DNA from: Candidatus Eiseniibacteriota bacterium
GTDB lineage: Bacteria; Eisenbacteria; RBG-16-71-46; DASYSL01
Direction: 5' to 3'
Assembly (NCBI GenBank): GCA_031431875.1
Contig: JANPEF010000024.1
Location: 1 to 64,000 of the forward strand
Length of the DNA stretch: 64,000 nt
The notes under the pieces are model-generated. The model worked only from the letters and a program-made list of their open reading frames with translations, was not told the DNA's origin and did not search any database. The position numbers and the translations under genes are program-made. Within the stretch, counting starts at the first letter, position 1. Every line of letters starts with the position of its first letter. Of this stretch, positions 9,557 to 19,123 are shown one piece after another.

Positions 9557-10714
9557 GTGGTTCGTTTCATCCATCGTGCGTCGTTCGCGGCCGTCGTCGT
9601 CCTCGCGCTGTTCGGCACCGCCGCGGGCGCGGACGCGCAGGCCCTCTCGCAGCCGCCGAGCGGCGACAACCAGCAGAGCTCCGTGTCGCAGGACATCGGT
9701 CTCGTCAACGTGCGCATCGACTACTCGAGTCCCGACGTCCACGGTCCGGACGGCGCGGATCGAAAGGGGCACATCTGGGGCGAGCTCGTCCCCTACGGCA
9801 TGCACGACCTCGGCTTCAACAACTGCACCTCGTGCCCGTGGCGCGCCGGCGCGAACGAGAACACGGTGTTCACCGTGTCGCACGACGTGATGATCGAGGG
9901 CCAGCCGCTGCCGGCCGGTTCCTACGGCCTGCACATGCTCGCCGACCCGGGCGAGTGGACGATCATCTTCTCGAGGAACCACACCTCGTGGGGCAGCTTC
10001 TGGTACAAGCCCGAGGAGGACCAGCTGCGCGTCAAGGTGACCGCGATTCCGGGCGCCTACCACGAGTGGCTGACCTACGACTTCACCGATCGTCATCCGG
10101 ACAAGGCCACCGTTGCGCTGCAGTGGGAAGATCTCCAGGTCCCCATCCGCATCGCCGTGCCGAACACCACCGACCTGTACGTGGCGCAGATGCGGAACGA
10201 GCTGCGCAACTCGCAGAGCTTCACCTGGACCAACTGGAATGCGGCCGCGCAGTACTGCCTGACGGCGAAGACGAACCTGCCCGAGGCCGAGACATGGGCG
10301 AAACACTCGATCGAGGATCCGTTCTCGGGCAACGTCAACCTGACCACGCTCGGCACGATGGCGCAGATCCAGCTGGCCAACGGCAAGAGTGCTGACGCGA
10401 CGAAGACCATCGACCGCGCGCTGGCGCTGCCGGCCGACAGCCCGATTCCGATCCACCAGTTCGGCCGCCAGCTGCAGCAGCAGGACCAGAACGCGCAGGC
10501 CATGCGCGTATTCCAGGCGAACGCGAAGCGCTTCCCGAACAAGTGGCCGACCACGCTCGGCCTGGCCCGCGGGTACTCCGGACTTGGCGACACGAAGAGC
10601 GCGCTGGCGCAGGCGAAGAAGGCCGTCGCGCAGGCGCCGGACGAGCCGAATCGCAAGAACGTCGAGCGCTTCGTCCAGCAGCTCGAGACGCAGCTCGCCG
10701 GGGGCGGCAAGTAG
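9557..10714 (+). CDS. Secreted DUF2911-domain protein with TPR-like C-terminus
   Basis: AAGGAG RBS, GTG start; signal peptide; IDYSSP, IWGELVPYG, WRAGANENT motifs. Confidence 0.85.
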   Translation: MVRFIHRASFAAVVVLALFGTAAGADAQALSQPPSGDNQQSSVSQDIGLVNVRIDYSSPDVHGPDGADRKGHIWGELVPYGMHDLGFNNCTSCPWRAGANENTVFTVSHDVMIEGQPLPAGSYGLHMLADPGEWTIIFSRNHTSWGSFWYKPEEDQLRVKVTAIPGAYHEWLTYDFTDRHPDKATVALQWEDLQVPIRIAVPNTTDLYVAQMRNELRNSQSFTWTNWNAAAQYCLTAKTNLPEAETWAKHSIEDPFSGNVNLTTLGTMAQIQLANGKSADATKTIDRALALPADSPIPIHQFGRQLQQQDQNAQAMRVFQANAKRFPNKWPTTLGLARGYSGLGDTKSALAQAKKAVAQAPDEPNRKNVERFVQQLETQLAGGGK

Positions 10715-11253
10715 TGTTGCGCGGCTTCGTGCTCGGCGCGGCGGCGTTGCTCGCCGTGGCGTCGGGCGGCGACGCGATCGCCGCGGTGGGGCGGGACACG
10801 ACCGCGACGGTCGTGATCCTCGTCCGCCACGCCGAGAAGAACGGGCACAAGCCGGGCGGCGACGGCGGCCTCGACCCCAAGGGGATCGTCCGCGCGCAGG
10901 AGCTCAAGCGCGCACTGACCGACGCGGGCGTGGAGGCGCTGTACGCCAGCCAGTTTCCGCGTGCGCGGCTCACGGCCGAGCCGCTGGCCCAGGCGCAGGG
11001 CGACTCGGTCCGCACCTACGACGCGAACCGCAACGACCTGCTCGCCGAGCGGATCCGCAGCGACCATCGCGGGCAGACCATCCTGGTCGTCGGGCACACC
11101 GACAGCATGGGCGAGTTCTTCGAGGCGTTGACCGGGACGAAGCTCAACGAGGGCTCGGCGATCGCCTACGACCGGATGTACGTGATCACCCTGCTGGCCG
11201 ACGGTCGCCACACGATCACGCGCCTCCGCTATGGGTCGCATTCAGGGAATTAG
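10714..11253 (+). CDS. Exported histidine phosphatase (SixA/phosphoglycerate mutase superfamily)
   Basis: VILVRHAEK, RARLTAEPLA, ILVVGH motifs; GTG overlaps upstream stop. Confidence 0.85.
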   Translation: MLRGFVLGAAALLAVASGGDAIAAVGRDTTATVVILVRHAEKNGHKPGGDGGLDPKGIVRAQELKRALTDAGVEALYASQFPRARLTAEPLAQAQGDSVRTYDANRNDLLAERIRSDHRGQTILVVGHTDSMGEFFEALTGTKLNEGSAIAYDRMYVITLLADGRHTITRLRYGSHSGN

Positions 11254-11379
11254 CTGGCACAGCCTGTCGGCGCGAGCCATCAGTCGGTTACCTCCGCTGT
11301 CCTGGTGGAGTCGTTCTGTGGGTGCGGGGGTTTCCGGACGACGATTGATGGCCACTCCGGCTACGAGAAGGGGGTCGCG

Positions 11380-11670
11380 ATGCTGAGCGCAGCTCTGAAC
11401 GTTCTGGGAGTGGTCGCTGCAGGGTCATTCGGAGAATCCTTGGCGGTGGCTGGGACGATCCTCCTTGTGCTTGTTGGGATTGCTCTAGTCATTGCACTCT
11501 GGGCGAATGGAGGATGTGCAGGTATCGCCTTCGGCTTCTGGGGGTTAGTTGTCCTAGGGCTTGCCGTGGTGCTCCTCCCGCAAGGCGGCGTCGCCGGCGG
11601 CGTAGGTATCGTCCTTCTCATCGGACTGATCATTGGGGCAGTGATTCTCTGGAAGTCTCGCCACTCATAG
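11380..11670 (+). CDS. Small hypothetical membrane protein (3-4 hydrophobic segments), atypical codon usage
   Basis: AAGGGGG before ATG; almost wholly hydrophobic; many A/T-ending codons unlike flanking genes. Confidence 0.55.
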   Translation: MLSAALNVLGVVAAGSFGESLAVAGTILLVLVGIALVIALWANGGCAGIAFGFWGLVVLGLAVVLLPQGGVAGGVGIVLLIGLIIGAVILWKSRHS

Positions 11671-12080
11671 TCCTCTTCTCACTTCATACCTCGTTGCTGT
11701 CGGTAGGTTGCTGAAGGGCGGTCGCCCATGCCTGGGTTCCGACCGGAGGGAGCTCGCGCGAGCGTTCACGGCCGGCCGCGTTCGGTTGCGGCCCAAAGGA
11801 CTCAATGAGAGCGATAGCGAGTCAGGCGGGGAGATGATGCGTCACCAGAAGAGGCACGGGGGCTGATGGGACGAGTGTCGCCCATCCTGTCACTCGCCCA
11901 GAAGGATGATCGCGAAGAAGGTGTTGCGGGGTAAGGAGAAGCGGCTCGGGTTGCCGCTTTAGCCACGCAACCCCTAAAACCGCCACCCAAGCGCCCGGGT
12001 TCAGCCTGCCGTCCCGCCTGCCGATACCTCCGGGGACGAACGCCGGGCCCCGGGCCCGGCCGAACCCACGGAGGGCGGCG

Positions 12081-13481
12081 ATGAACACGACCAAGGCTCG
12101 GACTTTCCCGCGACTGACGACGCGCGACAACGGCGTGCTCGCGATGTACGCCGCGCTTCTCCTCGCCGTGGTGCTCGCGGCCGGCTGCGCGAGTTCGGGC
12201 AAGCTGGCGCAGAAGAGCGGGCAGCAACTCGCCGAGGGCGACGTCCGCAAGGCCTGGGCCACGGCGCTCAAGGCCGTCGAGAAGGATCCCTACAACACGC
12301 AGGCGGTCGGGGCGCTGTCGGCCGCCGGTCAGGCGCTGCTCAACCACGAGGCCCGGCGCTTCCGCGGGCTCGCTCCGATGGACACGCTCGCCGCGGCCGA
12401 CGTGTCGCTGGGCATGGACGACCTGCGCCGCCAGGTGGCGGATCACGGCGCCCTGCTGGTCAGCGACGCCGCGCTCGTGGCCGACGAGAAGCGCGTGCGC
12501 TCCCGCGTGTGCGCGTGGAACGCGACCGAGGCCGAGGCGCAACTCAAGGCCGGCCAGCCCAAGGACGCCTACTACTCGTTCGAGCGCGCGCGGCACTACG
12601 ACGACTCGAACCCGAAGCTTGCCGTGCGCATGCAGAAGGCCCACGACGCCGCGACCGATCGCATGCTCGTGATGCCCTATGCGATCGACACGCGGGCGCG
12701 CATCGACGACACCGGCCTGTCCGGCGACATGCTCGCCGCGATCCGCAAGTACGCCGCCGACGACCTGACGTTCACCACGCTGGCCGAGCCCGCCGCCACG
12801 ACGAGCCGCTCGGCGCGCAACGCGCGCAACGCGCGCAGCGACGGGTCGATCGAGGCCGCCTACGCCGCGGCCGAGGATCGTTCCGCGACGCGCGTGGCGT
12901 GGTCACGCATCCACGGCGACCGGATCGAGTCGCACACCGAGACGTACGTCGACGTCGTCTACCATCGCCTCACCCGCCGCCAGCCCGACGGCTCGACGAG
13001 CGAGACCTGGATCGAGGTGCCGGTGCTCGTGCGCATCGAGGACCGCTGGGTCTCGGTCGAGGTCGAGTGTGAAGTCCACGACCTCGCCGACGAACGCCTG
13101 GTCGCCCGCCGCGCCACGGATCACGGGGCGGGGCTGCGCATCGTCCACACGCTCACGCCGTTCCCCGGCGCCGCGGCCGACTACGCGCTGTACTCGCCCG
13201 CGATGTGGGCCGCCGACCGCGACGGCTGTCGCCGCCGGACGAGCGCCTGGCAGGAGCGCTTTGGCACGCTCACCGTCGAGGGGCTCGCCGGATACGCTCG
13301 GAAGAGCTCGAAGCTGTCCGTCAGCAAGACCAGCCCGCGCCACGGCCACGCCGTCCGGACCGGTCGCAACTTCGGCGTCAGCTATGGCATCCTTCCCGGG
13401 GAGGCGACGCTGCTGGAGGCCGCGCTCGCCGATGCGTGGAAGGAGATCGCCGCCGCGCTCGAGGAGGCGGACAAGAGCTGA
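12081..13481 (+). CDS. Hypothetical lipoprotein with TPR-like helical N-terminus
   Basis: GGAGG RBS; lipobox LAAGC; long ORF with typical codon bias; start uncertain. Confidence 0.75.
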   Translation: MNTTKARTFPRLTTRDNGVLAMYAALLLAVVLAAGCASSGKLAQKSGQQLAEGDVRKAWATALKAVEKDPYNTQAVGALSAAGQALLNHEARRFRGLAPMDTLAAADVSLGMDDLRRQVADHGALLVSDAALVADEKRVRSRVCAWNATEAEAQLKAGQPKDAYYSFERARHYDDSNPKLAVRMQKAHDAATDRMLVMPYAIDTRARIDDTGLSGDMLAAIRKYAADDLTFTTLAEPAATTSRSARNARNARSDGSIEAAYAAAEDRSATRVAWSRIHGDRIESHTETYVDVVYHRLTRRQPDGSTSETWIEVPVLVRIEDRWVSVEVECEVHDLADERLVARRATDHGAGLRIVHTLTPFPGAAADYALYSPAMWAADRDGCRRRTSAWQERFGTLTVEGLAGYARKSSKLSVSKTSPRHGHAVRTGRNFGVSYGILPGEATLLEAALADAWKEIAAALEEADKS

Positions 13482-13501
13482 ACCGGGGCAGAGGCGTGAA
13501 C

Positions 13502-14965
13502 ATGCGCGAGCGCAGCCTTCCCCGAATCGTCGTTCTGATGCTCGTGTCCGCCCACGCGGGCGCGAGCATCGCGCTCCCGGCCGCCGCAGACGCGCTGCTC
13601 GTGCCGCAGTTCGGTGGAGTGGAAAGCGCGCGTGTCGGGCCTGCCGGCCCGTGTCTGGACGACGCACAGCGCACAGCCATCCGTGCCCGGATCGAGGTGA
13701 GCCGCGGGAAGCTCGGGCTCCGTCCCGGGCCGCTCACGACGCTCGCACCGACGGCGGTCTCTTTCGGCTGGCCGCTGCGCCTGCGCCCGGTGTTCGACGA
13801 CCCGGGCTACCACGGCATCAGCAACTTCGTGGATCACGACTTCGACTCTCCCAATCTCCTGCTCGACTACCAGTGCGGCACGCGCACCTACGACCTGAGC
13901 GGCTACAACCACTCCGGTACCGACATCTTCACCTGGCCATTCGGCTGGAGGAAGATGGACGGCGACGAGGTCGAGATCGTCGCCGCCGCCCCGGGCGTGA
14001 TCCTGTTCAAGGACGACGGAAACTTCGATCGCAACTGCGGCTTCGGCGGGGGCGACTGGAACGCCGTGTACGTGCAGCACGCCGACGGGTCGGTGGCCTG
14101 GTACGGGCACATGAAGTACGGCTCGACCATCGCCAAGGAGCCCGGTGCGCCGGTCGCGCAAGGCGAGGTGCTGGGCATCGTCGGCAGCTCGGGGAACTCG
14201 ACGGGGCCGCACCTGCACCTCGAGATCTACGACGCCGCGATGAACCTGATCGACCCGTGGAGCGGCCCGTGCAACGGGCTGAGCGCCACGTCGTGGTGGG
14301 CGGTGCAGCGTCCGTACTACGACTCGGCGCTCAACGCGCTGCGCACGCACGACGCGCCGCCGGAGTTTCCGCCGTGTCCCGCCAGCGAGATCACGCACGA
14401 GCGCGACGCCTTCGCCGGGGGCGAGCGCATCTACTTCGCGGCGTACTACCGCGACCAGCTCCAGGGCCAGCTCACGACCTACCGGGTCTACGATGCGGCG
14501 GGAACGCTCCGGGCCTCGTGGAGTGGATCGTCGGCGGTGGCGCACTACGCGGCCTCGTACTGGTACTGGTGGATCGACACGCCGCCGAACGTGCCCTCGC
14601 CGGGGTTCTGGCGCTTCGAGGCGACGTACCAGTCCACGACCGTCGTGCATCGCTTCTGGCATGGCTCGTTGACGGCGGTGCCCGGTGATCCGTCGGCGGG
14701 CGGGGCGCTCGCGCTCGCCGCGCGTGGGGCGAATCCGGCGCAGGGCGCGGTCGAACTGGATGCGACGCTGCCGGTCAGTGCAGCGGTTCGCTTGACGATC
14801 GTCGACGCGCGTGGCCGGCGCGAGGCACTGCTCGCCGACGGCTGGTACCCGGCGGGGACGCATCGCTTTCGCTGGGACGCGGCGGCGCCGGCGGGGATCT
14901 ATCTCGCGCGCCTCGAGTCGTCCTACGGCGCGGGCGTCACGCGGAAGGTCATCGTCCTCGACTGA
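13502..14965 (+). CDS. Secreted M23 metallopeptidase with C-terminal T9SS-A/FlgD-like domain
   Basis: HSGTD, YGHMK, GNSTGPHLHLE; C-terminal VRLTIVDARGR..AGIYLARL..TRKVIVLD. Confidence 0.88.
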   Translation: MRERSLPRIVVLMLVSAHAGASIALPAAADALLVPQFGGVESARVGPAGPCLDDAQRTAIRARIEVSRGKLGLRPGPLTTLAPTAVSFGWPLRLRPVFDDPGYHGISNFVDHDFDSPNLLLDYQCGTRTYDLSGYNHSGTDIFTWPFGWRKMDGDEVEIVAAAPGVILFKDDGNFDRNCGFGGGDWNAVYVQHADGSVAWYGHMKYGSTIAKEPGAPVAQGEVLGIVGSSGNSTGPHLHLEIYDAAMNLIDPWSGPCNGLSATSWWAVQRPYYDSALNALRTHDAPPEFPPCPASEITHERDAFAGGERIYFAAYYRDQLQGQLTTYRVYDAAGTLRASWSGSSAVAHYAASYWYWWIDTPPNVPSPGFWRFEATYQSTTVVHRFWHGSLTAVPGDPSAGGALALAARGANPAQGAVELDATLPVSAAVRLTIVDARGRREALLADGWYPAGTHRFRWDAAAPAGIYLARLESSYGAGVTRKVIVLD

Positions 14966-15908
14966 GCGCGTCGAGCACGAGCGCGCACATCACGCGCGCG
15001 CCGACGGCGATCGCACCCTCGTCGGCCACGAAGTCCGGTGCGTGCGGCTGGCCCGCCGTCCCACGTGCCGCATTCGACACCCCGAGCCAGAGCATGATCC
15101 CCGGTGCCACCGCCTGGAACGCACCATAGTCCTCGCTGAACCCGGGCGGGACCGTGCGCGAAACGACGAGCGCGCTGTCGCCCAGCGTCGCGCGGACGAC
15201 GACGCGGGCACGAGCCTCGAGTGCGGCATCGTTCGTGACGCCGGGGATGGCTCCGCGCGGCGCGAGCATCGTTCCCGGTTTCGTGCCGATCGTCCCGACC
15301 TCGAGCGGCGCGCAGTGGAAGGCGTAGATCGCGTGCGGCCTTCCGTCGGCGAACGCGCCGTCGGCGAGCATGGCGCGGGCGCCGTCGGCGCGCTCCTCGG
15401 CAGGCTGAAATACGAAGACGACCGTGCCCGTCAAGTCTGCGCGCAGTGGGGCGAGCGCCTCGGCCACGCCCAGCGCAACCGTCGTGTGCACTTCGTGGCC
15501 GCAGACGTGGCGCAGGCCCGGGGTGAGCGAGCGAAACGCGACGGGATCCGGCGCGTCGTCGGCGACCGCATCCATGTCGGCGCGGATCGCCACGCGCGGT
15601 CCGGGCCTCCCGCCGCGCAGCGTCGCGACGACGCCGTGGCCGCCCACGCCGGTGCGCACCTCGAGGCCGAGCGCGCGCAGGCGCGTCGCGACGACTCTCG
15701 CGGTGCGCCGCTCCGCACCCGAGACCTCGGGGTGGCGGTGAAGGTCGCGACGGATCTCGATCAGGGCAGGGGCGACGGTGCGGATCCGTTTCTCGGCGCG
15801 GGCGAGCAGGGGCGTCGGGGCGGGAGCGACGGCCACCGCGACCGGGGCCGTTGATGCCAGGGCAAGGATCGTTGCGAGAGGGGGCACGGCGAGACGGATC
15901 AGTCGCAT
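14949..15908 (-). CDS. Exported M20D amidohydrolase, apparently lacking the dimerisation domain
   Basis: RRDLHRHPEVSG, AIRADMDA, HVCGHE, FQPAEE, SEDY, PHAPDF; only 319 aa. Confidence 0.85.
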   Translation of the reverse strand: MRLIRLAVPPLATILALASTAPVAVAVAPAPTPLLARAEKRIRTVAPALIEIRRDLHRHPEVSGAERRTARVVATRLRALGLEVRTGVGGHGVVATLRGGRPGPRVAIRADMDAVADDAPDPVAFRSLTPGLRHVCGHEVHTTVALGVAEALAPLRADLTGTVVFVFQPAEERADGARAMLADGAFADGRPHAIYAFHCAPLEVGTIGTKPGTMLAPRGAIPGVTNDAALEARARVVVRATLGDSALVVSRTVPPGFSEDYGAFQAVAPGIMLWLGVSNAARGTAGQPHAPDFVADEGAIAVGARVMCALVLDALSRGR

Positions 15909-16006
15909 CGAACGAGCGTACGACGACGGCGCCCGCGGTGGCGAACGCGGGGGCGAGTGGCCGCCGGGCCGGGGTGAGCGGCCGGGGCCAGCGGCCGGGG
16001 CCGGCC

Positions 16007-16035
16007 TTGACGGGGCGCGCGGGCGGGTCTAGCCT
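16007..16035 (+). promoter_or_regulatory. Sigma70-type promoter of the cys leader
   Basis: TTGACG-N17-TAGCCT, 9 bp before leader ATG 16045. Confidence 0.7.
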
Positions 16036-16044
16036 TGAGGGGCC

Positions 16045-16128
16045 ATGAACGTGCTCCGACTCGACCACATCTGCCTCTGTCGTTGTCGCGCCCCCCGGGG
16101 GAGCGCGCGAGGCGGACGCTTGCGGTGA
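16045..16128 (+). CDS. Cys-rich leader peptide MNVLRLDHICLCRCRAPRGSARGGRLR (27 aa)
   Basis: Three Cys codons (TGC, TGT, TGT) in five codons; lies between promoter and terminator upstream of cysteine synthase. Confidence 0.8.
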   Translation: MNVLRLDHICLCRCRAPRGSARGGRLR

Positions 16129-16172
16129 GTTCGTAGCCCGGCCCAGACGCCGGACGGAATCACGAAGCCCCG

Positions 16173-16213
16173 AACGCCGCGGCTCCTCTCAACCAGGAGC
16201 TGCGGCGTTTTTT
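16173..16213 (+). terminator. Attenuator (intrinsic terminator) upstream of cysM
   Basis: 15-bp stem AACGCCGCGGCTCCT / AGGAGCTGCGGCGTT, 7-nt loop, T-run to 16213. Confidence 0.85.
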
Positions 16214-16244
16214 GTCCCAGTCGAAGACCACGAGGATCGCATCC

Positions 16245-17237
16245 ATGTCGAGTTCCCCAGCCGAGTCCTTCGTCCCCGGGCCCGAGCGTGTGCCTGCCGC
16301 GGGCCCGCGCCGCACCGGCGCCGATCTGCTCGCCCGCATCGGCGGTACGCCGTTGTTCCGCCTCGGGCGCGTCGCGCGACGCTTCGGCGGGCTGCCGGCG
16401 GGCGTCGAGGTGTGGGCGAAGGGCGAACACCTGAATCCGGGCGGCTCGGTCAAGGATCGCACCGCGCGGGCGATCATCCTCGACGCCGAGCGGCGGGGCG
16501 CGCTCGGCCCCGGACGCACGATCCTCGATGCGACGAGCGGTAACACCGGAATCGCCTATGCGATGATCGGCGCGGCGCTGGGCTACCCGGTCACCGTCTG
16601 CCTGCCGAAGAACGCGGGCCTGGAGCGACGCCGCCTGCTTGCGGCGTACGGCGCACGCATCGTCGAGACCGATCCGCTCATCGGCACCGACGGCGCACAG
16701 GAGAGCGCGCGCGCGATGGCGGCCGCGTCCCCCGCGCTGTACTTCCACGCGAACCAGTACGACAATCCGGCGAACGGGCAGGCGCACTTCGAGACCACCG
16801 GCCCCGAGATCTGGGAGCAGAGTGCGGGGCGCGTCACGCATTTCGTCGCCGGGCTGGGCACGGGGGGCACCTTCACGGGTACGGCGCGGCGCCTTCGCGT
16901 GTTTCGCGCCGAGGTGCACTGCACCGCGGTGCAGCCCGACGGTCCGCTACACGGACTCGAGGGGATGAAGCACATGCCGACCGCGCGCGTGCCCGCGAAC
17001 TGGGATCCGGCCGTGGCCAACGCGGTGCACACCGTCGCGACCGGCGACGCGCAGGCGATGACGCGCGCTCTGGCCCGCGATGAGGGCTTGCTCGTCGGCG
17101 TGAGTTCCGGCGCGAACGTGCATGCCGCACTCGAGCTGGCGCGGACGCTGCCCGCCGGCGCGGTCGTCGTGACGATCCTGTGCAACAGCGGCACGCGCTC
17201 GCTGTCCGAGCCGTTCTGGCAGGAGGCCGACGCGTGA
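16245..17237 (+). CDS. cysM: PLP-dependent cysteine synthase (CysM-like)
   Basis: NPGGSVKDR (PLP Lys), TSGNTG, NQYDN, GLGTGGT, GVSSGAN. Confidence 0.9.
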   Translation: MSSSPAESFVPGPERVPAAGPRRTGADLLARIGGTPLFRLGRVARRFGGLPAGVEVWAKGEHLNPGGSVKDRTARAIILDAERRGALGPGRTILDATSGNTGIAYAMIGAALGYPVTVCLPKNAGLERRRLLAAYGARIVETDPLIGTDGAQESARAMAAASPALYFHANQYDNPANGQAHFETTGPEIWEQSAGRVTHFVAGLGTGGTFTGTARRLRVFRAEVHCTAVQPDGPLHGLEGMKHMPTARVPANWDPAVANAVHTVATGDAQAMTRALARDEGLLVGVSSGANVHAALELARTLPAGAVVVTILCNSGTRSLSEPFWQEADA

Positions 17238-17662
17238 TCCACTTCGCCCAGGCCGCGTTCGCCGCGATACTCGCCCACGGCGAGGCCGACTTTCCGCACG
17301 AGGCGTGCGGCCTGCTCGTCGGCGTCGACGATCCCGACGGCGTGCGACGCATCGCGGTGGCGCGCGGGCTGGCCAACGTGCGCGAGCCCGCGGCGAAGCA
17401 TCACCGCTTCCTCATCGCGCCGGAGGACCTGTTGCGCGAGGAGAAACGCGTGCGTGGCGAGGGCCGCGAGATCGTCGGGTTCTACCACTCGCACCCGGAT
17501 CATCCCGCGGTGCCGTCGCGCTACGATCTGGAGCACGCCTGGCCGTTCTACTCGTATGTGGTGGTCGCCGTGCACGCGGGGAGGGCCGTCGAGGCGCTCG
17601 CGTGGCGGCTGAGTGACGATCGTTCACGCTTCGATCCCGAAGCGCTGGTGAAGGGAGACTGA
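17234..17662 (+). CDS. mec: JAB/MPN (M67) metallopeptidase, Mec-like
   Basis: PHEACGLL and GFYHSHPDHPAVPSRYD JAMM motif; GTGA overlap with cysM. Confidence 0.9.
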   Translation: MIHFAQAAFAAILAHGEADFPHEACGLLVGVDDPDGVRRIAVARGLANVREPAAKHHRFLIAPEDLLREEKRVRGEGREIVGFYHSHPDHPAVPSRYDLEHAWPFYSYVVVAVHAGRAVEALAWRLSDDRSRFDPEALVKGD

Positions 17663-17664
17663 GC

Positions 17665-19089
17665 ATGTCCGTGTCCATCCTGATCCCCGGTGCCCTGCGC
17701 GGCTTCATCGACGGGCGTGCCGAGGTGCGCGTCGAGGCGACGACCGCGGGCGAGGCGCTTGCCGCGTTGACCGCGGAGCATGCATCGCTGCGTCCGCACC
17801 TCTTTGACGATGCGGGTGTGTTGCGCAGCTTCGTCAACGTCTACGTCGGCGACGCCGACATCCGCACGCTCGCGGGAATGGCGACGCCCGTGCCCGCCGG
17901 CAGCGAAATGATGATCGTGCCGTCGATCGCGGGCGGATCGCCGCAGCCGGGGCTGACCCATGAGGAGATCGGGCGCTACAGTCGCCACCTGATCCTTCCC
18001 GAGGTCGGGATGGAGGGCCAGCAGAAGCTCAAGGACGCGCGCGTGCTGCTGGTCGGCACCGGCGGGCTGGGCGCGCCGCTCGGCATGTACCTGGCGGCGG
18101 CGGGGGTGGGGACGCTCGGGCTGGTCGACTTCGACCTGGTCGACGCGTCGAACCTGCAGCGCCAGATCATCCACGGGACGAGGGACGTCGGCCGCCCGAA
18201 GATCGCCTCGGCGCGCGATCGTCTCGCCGACATCAACCCGAACGTGAAGATCGAGACGTTCGAGACGCGACTGACAAGTGCCAATGCGATGGAGATCCTG
18301 CGCGACTTCGACATCGTCGTCGACGGCACCGACAACTTCCCCACGCGCTACCTGGTCAACGACGCGTGCGTGCTGCTGGGCAAGCCGAACGTGTACGGCT
18401 CGATCTTCCGCTTCGAGGGCCAGGCCAGCGTGTTCGGCATGCCCGACGGTCCCTGCTACCGCTGCCTCTATCCCGAGCCGCCGCCGCCGGGTCTCGTCCC
18501 GTCGTGCGCCGAAGGCGGCGTGCTCGGCGTGCTGCCCGGCATCGTCGGCACGATCCAGGCGACCGAGACGATCAAGTTGATCCTCGGCGGCGGATCGCCG
18601 CTGGTCGGGCGATTGCTCCTGTTCGACGCGTGGACGATGAAGTTCCGCGAACTCAAGCTGCAGAAGGACCCGGCATGCGCACTGTGCGGCCCGAACCGGA
18701 CCATCGACGGGCTGATCGACTACGAGGTGTTCTGCGGGATCGGTGCCGAGACGACGGCCGCCGCCGCGCCGGCGGCGATCACCGCCACCAAGCTCAAGCA
18801 GCGGATCGATGCCGGCCAGGCCGTGCAGCTGATCGACGTGCGCGAGCCGCACGAGGCCGCGATTGCGCGCATCCCGGGCGCGCGCCTCATCCCGCTCGGC
18901 GAGGTCGTCGCGCGGGCCGGCGAGCTCGACCCCTCGCGCGAGGCGGTCCTGCACTGCAAGGGCGGGACGCGGAGTTCCAAGGCGATCGCGGCCCTGCGTG
19001 ACAGCGGCTACACGGGCCCGCTGGTGAACCTGACGGGGGGGATCGGGGCGTGGTCGCGCGAGGTGGATTCAAGCGTGCCGACGTACTAG
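17665..19089 (+). CDS. moeB: Fusion of MoaD/ThiS/CysO ubiquitin-like sulfur carrier, MoeB/ThiF adenylyltransferase and rhodanese
   Basis: Ubl ending PSIAGG (GG at 17932-17937); RYSRHL, GTGGLG, SNLQRQ, CYRC, CALC; rhodanese IDVREPHE and HCKGGTRS. Confidence 0.92.
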   Translation: MSVSILIPGALRGFIDGRAEVRVEATTAGEALAALTAEHASLRPHLFDDAGVLRSFVNVYVGDADIRTLAGMATPVPAGSEMMIVPSIAGGSPQPGLTHEEIGRYSRHLILPEVGMEGQQKLKDARVLLVGTGGLGAPLGMYLAAAGVGTLGLVDFDLVDASNLQRQIIHGTRDVGRPKIASARDRLADINPNVKIETFETRLTSANAMEILRDFDIVVDGTDNFPTRYLVNDACVLLGKPNVYGSIFRFEGQASVFGMPDGPCYRCLYPEPPPPGLVPSCAEGGVLGVLPGIVGTIQATETIKLILGGGSPLVGRLLLFDAWTMKFRELKLQKDPACALCGPNRTIDGLIDYEVFCGIGAETTAAAAPAAITATKLKQRIDAGQAVQLIDVREPHEAAIARIPGARLIPLGEVVARAGELDPSREAVLHCKGGTRSSKAIAALRDSGYTGPLVNLTGGIGAWSREVDSSVPTY

Positions 19090-19123
19090 ACTGGAGCCCC
19101 GGTCCCGGCTAAGGAGTCCTTCC

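Noticed and set aside
12813..12839. 9-bp tandem repeat GCGCGCAAC x3
   Set aside because: In-frame ARN repeat in a linker; no phase-variation potential
16130..16215. SAM or T-box riboswitch upstream of cysM
   Set aside because: No SAM-I core or T-box consensus seen; the Cys leader plus terminator explains the region
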